Part shown: in pieces, positions 57,699 to 64,000 of the stretch
Layout of the letters: every line of letters starts with the position of its first letter
Numbering within the stretch: the first letter of the stretch is position 1
From: Pseudomonadota bacterium
GTDB lineage: Bacteria; Desulfobacterota; Desulfobacteria; Desulfobacterales; JBDRRP01
DNA: 64,000 nucleotides
Assembly: GCA_043825735.1 (NCBI GenBank)
Contig: JBDRRP010000025.1
Coordinates: forward strand, 1 to 64,000
Direction: 5' to 3'
Notes under the pieces: generated by a model
Seen by the model: the letters and a program-made list of their open reading frames with translations, nothing else
What the model was told of the DNA's origin: nothing
Database searches by the model: none
Made by a program: the position numbers and the translations under genes

Positions 57699-58907
57699 TC
57701 AGGCGCCAAGCATCTCCACGACCCGATCCAGTATCACATCCGCCAGATCTATCTTCTCCATACCGGGCAATTCTTCACTCCGACCGCCCCGGTAAAACAG
57801 ACTGACGGTATTTTGGTCGCCACCGAATCCGACGCCCGCCTGATCCACCCGGTTTCCCACGATCAGGTGGAGTTTTTTCTCATTGAGTTTCCGAGTGGCA
57901 TATTCTGCCAGGTCCCTGGTCTCAGCGGCGAAGCCGACTCGGATCTTTCCGGCGTTTCGCTCGCCCAGGTTCTTGAGGATGTCCGGATTTGGGATCAGCG
58001 AGATCGTGAGAGCGGCCGTCGCTTTCTTTATTTTGTGCGCCTCGGGGGCTTTGGGGCGAAAATCTGACACGGCCGCCGTCTTAATGATAATGTCAGTGTC
58101 ATCTGCTCTGCCCATCACGGCTTCGGCCATTTCGACAGCTGTCTTCACACGGATGACCGTCGCCCCAGCCGGATCCGGCTGGTGGCTTGGCCCTGTGACC
58201 AGAATCACCTCACCGCCCCGCCTGACAGCTGCCAAGGCAATGGCAAACCCCATCTTGCCGCTGGAGGGGTTGGCAATGTAGCGCACCGGGTCGATGGGCT
58301 CGTGGGTGGGACCGGCGGTTACCAGAACGCGCTGGCCGGCGAGATCTTTGGGCGTGAGCAGACGGATCATTTGCTCCAGAATGGATTCCGGCGGCGGCAA
58401 GCGGCCCGGTCCGACGGTGCCGCAGGCCAGTTCGCCGGCATCGGGCTCGAGGATGCGGTATCCATCGGTCTCGAGTACATCGAGATTTCGCTGGACGGCC
58501 CGGTTTTCGTACATGTGGGTGTTCATTGCCGGGCACAGCAACACCGGGCAGGTCACTGCCATCATGAACGTACTGAGGGCGTCGTCGGCGATACCACCGG
58601 CCAGTTTTCCGATGATGTTGGCCGTAGCCGGAGCAATAACCACGGCATCGGCCTCCCGGGCCCAGTCGATATGCCGGATCGAAGCGTCACCGCCCAGCGT
58701 TTCGTCAAAAAGAGACCGGCACACCGGACGCCCGGAAAGCACGGCAAATGTGGTGGCCCCCACAAAGGCCTCGGCATTTCGGGTCATAATCACCCGCACC
58801 GCGGCGCCGGCGGTTTTCAACAACCGCAGAAGCTCCACGCTCTTATAAGCGGCAATTCCGCCGCTCACACACAAAACGATTTCTTTATCTTTGAGTATCG
58901 AAGACAT
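57699..58907 (-). CDS. coaBC: Bifunctional phosphopantothenoylcysteine decarboxylase / ligase
   Basis: GGIAAYK, APATAN, PAMN, LACG..G.GRL, TAGPT.E.IDPVR, SSGKMG, GFAAET. Confidence 0.97.
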   Translation of the reverse strand: MSSILKDKEIVLCVSGGIAAYKSVELLRLLKTAGAAVRVIMTRNAEAFVGATTFAVLSGRPVCRSLFDETLGGDASIRHIDWAREADAVVIAPATANIIGKLAGGIADDALSTFMMAVTCPVLLCPAMNTHMYENRAVQRNLDVLETDGYRILEPDAGELACGTVGPGRLPPPESILEQMIRLLTPKDLAGQRVLVTAGPTHEPIDPVRYIANPSSGKMGFAIALAAVRRGGEVILVTGPSHQPDPAGATVIRVKTAVEMAEAVMGRADDTDIIIKTAAVSDFRPKAPEAHKIKKATAALTISLIPNPDILKNLGERNAGKIRVGFAAETRDLAEYATRKLNEKKLHLIVGNRVDQAGVGFGGDQNTVSLFYRGGRSEELPGMEKIDLADVILDRVVEMLGA

Positions 58908-59401
58908 CACTTCATCAGGCCACCGGAGCTGCCGCCGATTTCGCCACCCATGGTCGGCGCTACCCAGATTTCCACAGCCGTGCTGAAATTTTTGTCCGTG
59001 ATGTTGATGACGCACCAACGGTTGTCTTTTCTGAACATCATGATAGTGCGCTGCGATTTGAACGAGGTGACCGGCTGCCAGTTGTCCTTGGCCATGTTGG
59101 TGTCAAAGAAGGTAATCAAAGACGAGGCTTCCACATTGCCTTTGAGGACCAGCACGCCCGCGGCGAGACCGGGGGTACGGAACACAAAGGATTCATTCTT
59201 GTCCAATGTCAGTTCCGCCGGCACCAGGATATCGCCGAAATCGTAGTACTGCGGCACCGGTCCCGTATCTTTAGAAACACCGCCGGAAGAATCGGACGCG
59301 GAATTACCGTTGAGTGTGCTGCAACCGGACAGCACCAGCAGGATGGCAGCCATTGCCGCTATACCCCACACCGCTTTCACCTGTCTCATCACACGCATCA
59401 T
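58907..59401 (-). CDS. Hypothetical lipoprotein
   Basis: LSGC lipobox; TGATG overlap with coaBC. Confidence 0.8.
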   Translation of the reverse strand: MMRVMRQVKAVWGIAAMAAILLVLSGCSTLNGNSASDSSGGVSKDTGPVPQYYDFGDILVPAELTLDKNESFVFRTPGLAAGVLVLKGNVEASSLITFFDTNMAKDNWQPVTSFKSQRTIMMFRKDNRWCVINITDKNFSTAVEIWVAPTMGGEIGGSSGGLMK

Positions 59402-59432
59402 CTTACCTCCTGTCCCGTAGTGTTAACCCTAT

Positions 59433-59550
59433 AGTGTCCACCCATGGCAAGCCGCTTGCGCCCTCTCCCTTGATGGGAGATCATCTCAAACCGGCCCGCC
59501 CCCGCCCCTGGCCCCACCCACAAGGGGAGGGGTATTTAATGATGGACAAT
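59433..59550. mobile_element. Family B-like element with CCCTCTCCC/GGGGAGGGG cargo
   Basis: AGTGTCCACCCAT...ATGATGGACAAT; related to 63584-63727. Confidence 0.55.
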
Positions 59551-59678
59551 AGTGAGTGACCCGTCGGCATGCCCTGTTCTCCCACCCGGCAATGGTCGCC
59601 TCTTTTTACGATGGATCGGTGCGCCTGTCAAATGTAACTCAGGGAATACATGGAGATTATTTATGTGTAAGTATCCTG

Positions 59679-60419
59679 CTAACGAGGCTCCGGCACCTGC
59701 GGCACCACGCCGTCTAAAATACTCTGAGGAATTCTTGTTACCAGATCCATTGCCGACGTTCGATCACCGAATATCTCAGCTGCTGCGGCAACCGCTGCCG
59801 TCAGCACCGGGCGGCGGTAGTCGGCATCATGGGCGTCGCTGGCGATGACATGAACCAGGCGTCTATTGAGCAGGTGCGCCGCGCAATCGCCGGCGCGATG
59901 GCCAAAGACGCCGGTGACGCTCATGGCCGTCACCTGAACCAGTGCACCGGTCTCCACCAACTGCTTCAGCATATCCGGATCCTGCTGAATCGCGGTATTG
60001 CGTTCGGGGTGGGCAAGAATGGGGGTGATGCCATCCATTTTAAGACTGAATATCAACTCGGACACACCCGAGGGGACCGAATGCACCGGCAGTTCCAGCA
60101 ACATGAAACGCCCGCTGCCACCGATGGTGGGTCCCTTTGCGCGATGGTAGAGATCGCGCAGGCCCGGATGCAGATGCATCTCCGCACCGGCAATGATTTT
60201 CAAGGGGATACGTTCCTGATCGAGGGCACGCTGCAAGACTAAAACTGTGGCGTCGATATCTTCCGGAACGGGAGCGTACACGCCGTTTCCCACATGCGGG
60301 GTGGCCACCAGGGTGTGGATGCCGTCGGCCACGGCCACCCGGGCCATGTCGAGGCTCTCGTCGATATCCTCGGCGCCGTCGTCGGTGCCGGGCAGAATGT
60401 GGCAATGCAGGTCAATCAT
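59679..60419 (-). CDS. CpsB/CapC-family (PHP) protein tyrosine phosphatase
   Basis: IDLHCHILPG.DDG, ATPH, ILAHPERN, ASDAH. Confidence 0.94.
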   Translation of the reverse strand: MIDLHCHILPGTDDGAEDIDESLDMARVAVADGIHTLVATPHVGNGVYAPVPEDIDATVLVLQRALDQERIPLKIIAGAEMHLHPGLRDLYHRAKGPTIGGSGRFMLLELPVHSVPSGVSELIFSLKMDGITPILAHPERNTAIQQDPDMLKQLVETGALVQVTAMSVTGVFGHRAGDCAAHLLNRRLVHVIASDAHDADYRRPVLTAAVAAAAEIFGDRTSAMDLVTRIPQSILDGVVPQVPEPR

Positions 60420-60426
60420 GGCTGTT

Positions 60427-61125
60427 TAAATCGTTTGGATCGTTGGGATCGTTGGGATCGTTGGGATCGTTGGGATCGTTTGGATCGTTAGGATCGTTGG
60501 GATCGTTGGGATCGTTGGGATCGTTGGGATCGTTGGGATCGTTGGGATCGTTGGGATCGTTAGGAGCGTTAAGATCGTTTGGATCGTTGAAAGATCGGTT
60601 AACAGTAAATAGTAAAAAGTAAAAAGTTAAGAGAAAAGATACCGTTATCAGTTGTCTGTTATCGGTTTTTTACCATCTACCGTCTGACTTCGGACCTCTG
60701 ACTTCGGACCTCTGACTTCGGACCTCCGACTTCGGACCTCCGACATCGGATCTCTTAAATCTGTCATCTGACGTCTGCCCTCTGGCAGTTCCCGGCCGGC
60801 TTGTCCGCTGACTTGTCCGCCGTAGCCTTGGCGAAGGTGGAAGCCTTGGCGAAGGTGGAAGGCCGCTAACCTTTATCAGCGTTTATCTGCGTTCATCCGC
60901 GTCCCATTGAGCCCTTCGGGCTGGTACACGGCACACGGTGCACGGTGCACGGTGCACGGGAAAACCATCGAGACCAATTCCTTTTTGTTGTTGCTGTTCG
61001 GCCGAAGGCCGCCCATCTGCGTTATCTGGGTCATCTGCGGTTAAATCTATTTGCAGTTGCAGTTGATTTTTGTTCTTGGTTTTTCTGTCATCTGTCGTCT
61101 GTCGTCTGTCATCTGGCAGTTCGAC
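60427..61125 (-). repeat. Largest composite repeat: about 18 x 9-bp array (60427-60589) at the cpsB start, 14-bp CTGACTTCGGACCT repeats, REP-like unit, CACGGTG and TCTGTC(A/G) heptamers
   Basis: Direct reading. Confidence 0.9.
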
Positions 61126-61219
61126 TGAAAGCCGATCATCCATTCAGCCGCACCGAATAAGAAAATGGCCCCGTTGTCGCCAACGGGGCCGATAGGCAGG
61201 CGATGAATTGCAGCCGCAA

Positions 61220-63484
61220 TTACGCCGCTTCGCCGTATGGCTGCCGCGAACGCTTCTTCTTTCGGTTTTTTCGCTTCCGTTCGCCTTCTTCGCCGTAATA
61301 ATAGTAGTAATACTGGTAGTAGTAATAGCCGTTCTTGCCGGTATCCACGCCGTTGAGAACGGCCCCCAGAATCGGCGCATTTACGGCCTTGAGCCGGTCG
61401 ATGCAGTCCTTGATCATCTCCCGCGACTTGTCGTTGGAGCGGACCACCAGCACCGCACCGTCGATGGCCTGGGTGAGCACGGCGGCATCGGTGACCGCCG
61501 AGATGGGGGGCGAGTCGATGATGATGCGCTTGAAATCTTTTCGAAGGGCCGCCAGCAAATCCTTCATCCGGTTGGAGCCCAGCATCTCCGACGGGTTGGG
61601 CGGTACCGGTCCCGACGGGATGATCCACAAGTTCGGCACGGCGGTCTGCACGATGGTGTCCTTGACGGTCATGTTGCCCACCAGAAGGTTGCTCATCCCC
61701 TTGTCGCGCTGCAGGCTGAACATCTTGTGGAGCTTGGGCCGGCGAAGATCGCAATCAATGATCACCACCCGCGAGCCGGATTGGGCCATGGTCACGGCCA
61801 GATTCACGGATGTGAGGGTCTTTCCTTCCTGAGGGCCGGCGCTGGTGACCAGCAACACCTGGGGCTCGTGATCCGCCGATGAGAACAGAATGTTGGTGCG
61901 CACGCCGCGATAGGCTTCGCTGGCTGTGGATTTTGGGGCGTGCACGGTTTCCACTTCGAACGGGATGCCGTTTTCAGGCACGGCTTCGCCGTCCATTTCA
62001 ATGGCCGGCACCGGTCCCAGATAGGGGATATCGAGATAGCGTTTGATCTCTTCAGGCGTTTTTATGGTGTTGTCCAGATACTCGAAGAAAAAGGCAAGCC
62101 CGGTGCCGAGGGTGAGCCCCACGATCATGGCCAGCAGGATATTGAGCTTCTTTCGAGGTTTGACAGGAGCCTGCGGGATCTCGGCCTTGTCCACGATCCG
62201 GATATTGCCGGTTTTCATATCCTCGGTGAGCGAGGTTTCCTTGAAGCGCTTGATGAGCAGATCGTACATCTCCCGGGCGCTCTCGGCCTCCCGGCGAAGC
62301 ACCGTGTACTCGATGGCCTTTTTGTTGAGATCGAGTGATTCCCGCTTTTGCCGGGCCAGGGCGTCTTTGAGGGAGTTTTCCTTGGCCTTGGCCACCTCGT
62401 ACTCGTTGCTCAGGCTGTTGATGACCCGGTTGATTTCCTGGTTTTTCCGTGACTGGAGCGTTTTGAGCTCATTCTGAATGGCCAGCATCTGCGGGTGGTT
62501 GGACCCGTATTTTTCCGACAACTCGCTCATGCGTTTGAAGAGCGTGACCTCCATGCCCTTGATTTCCATGATGAGCTTGTTGTTGAGCACCTCGGGAATG
62601 CTGTCCAGCATGTCCGGCGTGCCCTTGAGGGCTACGGCCTGGCGATACCGGGTTTCCGCCTCTACCCGGAACGACTCGGCGTCCACGACCTGGGTGTTGA
62701 GCTGCGCCAGTTTCTGGGCGGTGATTTTTTCGTTTTCACCGGTAAAATCAGTGACGATGTTCTGGGCGCTCTTATAAGCCAGCAGTTTTTCTTCGGCGGC
62801 CCCGACCTTGATACGCTCGCTGTCGATGCGCTGGTGCAGCCATTTTACCGCATCCTGGATCGCCGCCAGCTTGATCTCAAGATTCTGGTCGATGTAGGCC
62901 TGGGCCAGGGTCGCCACGATCCGCGATGCCATCACCGGATCCTTGGCCTGGAACTTGAGATTCACCAGGCGGCTGTTTCTCACCGGCTCAACGGTGATGC
63001 GCGTTATAAAATCGTTGACCAGTCTATAGTCGCTTTCGATGTCGCCGCTCTGGACCTTGGGACCGCTGTTGAGCAAATCCAGAAGCGCCGTCTTCCACCC
63101 GGTCACCGTTTCCTTGATGGAATGGATAAATGTGGACAGAAAATCATCGGCCGGTTTCGGAAAAAACTCTTCGCTTTCAGCCAGATTGAGCCGGCGGATG
63201 ACTTCCCGGGCCACACTGCGGCTTTCGATGATCTGGTACTGAGTCTGGTAGTAGTCCGTGCCCGAGGCGTCAACGGCCATGACTTCCTGGATGGACACCA
63301 CGTTGGGGTTTTCCTTCTCGATGATGAGCTTGGTGGCCGCCTCATAGATGGGCGTGGCGGTGAAGGCGTGAATGGTCACCGACACTACGATGAGAAAAAA
63401 CACCGTAATGATGGTCCACCGGCGCTTTCTCAGCACCCGCAGGTAGTCTCTCAGGTCAATCTGTTCGCTGTGTTGCTCTTCCAT
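61220..63484 (-). CDS. wzc: Wzc-type polysaccharide chain-length regulator / BY-kinase
   Basis: IDLRDYL, two TM segments, coiled coils, EAYRGVRTN, EGKT, IIIDSPP, C-terminal YYYYQYYYYYY cluster. Confidence 0.95.
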   Translation of the reverse strand: MEEQHSEQIDLRDYLRVLRKRRWTIITVFFLIVVSVTIHAFTATPIYEAATKLIIEKENPNVVSIQEVMAVDASGTDYYQTQYQIIESRSVAREVIRRLNLAESEEFFPKPADDFLSTFIHSIKETVTGWKTALLDLLNSGPKVQSGDIESDYRLVNDFITRITVEPVRNSRLVNLKFQAKDPVMASRIVATLAQAYIDQNLEIKLAAIQDAVKWLHQRIDSERIKVGAAEEKLLAYKSAQNIVTDFTGENEKITAQKLAQLNTQVVDAESFRVEAETRYRQAVALKGTPDMLDSIPEVLNNKLIMEIKGMEVTLFKRMSELSEKYGSNHPQMLAIQNELKTLQSRKNQEINRVINSLSNEYEVAKAKENSLKDALARQKRESLDLNKKAIEYTVLRREAESAREMYDLLIKRFKETSLTEDMKTGNIRIVDKAEIPQAPVKPRKKLNILLAMIVGLTLGTGLAFFFEYLDNTIKTPEEIKRYLDIPYLGPVPAIEMDGEAVPENGIPFEVETVHAPKSTASEAYRGVRTNILFSSADHEPQVLLVTSAGPQEGKTLTSVNLAVTMAQSGSRVVIIDCDLRRPKLHKMFSLQRDKGMSNLLVGNMTVKDTIVQTAVPNLWIIPSGPVPPNPSEMLGSNRMKDLLAALRKDFKRIIIDSPPISAVTDAAVLTQAIDGAVLVVRSNDKSREMIKDCIDRLKAVNAPILGAVLNGVDTGKNGYYYYQYYYYYYGEEGERKRKNRKKKRSRQPYGEAA

Positions 63485-63523
63485 GTAAAAAACCCTATTC
63501 GGATATCAATGAAACTCAACCTT

Positions 63524-63799
63524 GATGGCCATGTAAAATGCCTGAAATCACCACAAAGAGCACCGAGATTACCTATTAATTAATGTTCATCCATGGGCAG
63601 CCACTTGCTCCCTCTCCCTTGATGGGAGTGGGCTGGGGTGAGGGTGACAACCAACCGATAACAAGTGATCATCTGATACCGACCCGCCCCCTCCCGCAAG
63701 GGGAGGGGTATTTATGGAGGGACACTATTTAGCTATTTTTCTGTTTTCCTCTGCGTTCTCTGTGATCTCCGTGGTTCAATATCGGTTTTCGAATAAACC
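63524..63799. mobile_element. Degenerate family A element interrupted by a family B-like element (about 63584-63727)
   Basis: Left end resembles the reverse complement of the 44383-44502 end; the right palindrome arm resumes after GGACACTA. Confidence 0.55.
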
Positions 63800-63848
63800 A
63801 ATTGACGTATTCTGCATAACCGGAAAAACCAGAGTTGATCGGAGCCGG

Positions 63849-64000
63849 TTAGAAAAAGGACTCGGGCACGACGATCACATCGTTGGGCCGGATGATGACA
63901 TCCCGGCGTTTCTTCCCCACATCGGTGATCAGATCCACCTTTACTTCCAGTATTTTCTCGACACCGTCCTCTACCCGTATAATGCGAGTCTTGTTTCTTG
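63849..64000 (-). CDS. Polysaccharide export protein (Wza/SLBB), 3' end only
   Basis: Manual translation RNKTRIIRVEDG...IRPNDVIVVPESFF*; not in the ORF track; upstream of wzc. Confidence 0.85.
   Translation of the reverse strand, partial: RNKTRIIRVEDGVEKILEVKVDLITDVGKKRRDVIIRPNDVIVVPESFF

Noticed and set aside
60427..60589. Tandem arrays as CRISPR
   Set aside because: Units are 8-14 bp and contiguous, with no unique spacers and no cas genes.

Overview
GC-rich chromosomal window, most likely from a Desulfobacterota (Desulfobacterales-like) bacterium; this is inferred from gene order and protein style. Most genes are on the minus strand and are core functions: argC, a liv-type ABC transporter, holA, lspA-ileS, rlmD, cinA, pgsA with tRNA-Gly and tRNA-Cys, fsa/tal-folK-dapF-argH-argG-argD-argB-hslU-hslV-xerC, nfeD-slipin, udg, coaBC, and the end of a wza-wzc-cpsB polysaccharide locus. 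No prophage, full IS or CRISPR array is visible. Best candidate for an undescribed system: a translationally coupled pair at 18813-23173 encoding a membrane-anchored SPFH protein and a 1139-aa protein with two classical-clade AAA domains fused to a Lon-type Ser-Lys protease domain. Second: an AmmeMemoRadiSam cluster whose proteins carry apparent export signals and flank a membrane spermidine-synthase-like gene. Third: highly ordered intergenic DNA. It includes 9-bp AACGATCCN arrays, always in mRNA-sense orientation and usually ending at the RBS; MITE-like elements with 6-bp target duplications and interchangeable palindromic cargo; and inverted octamer arrays. All calls come from reading motifs by eye; no database search was run. 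Several CDS starts were trimmed from the ORF track to the likelier RBS-supported start.
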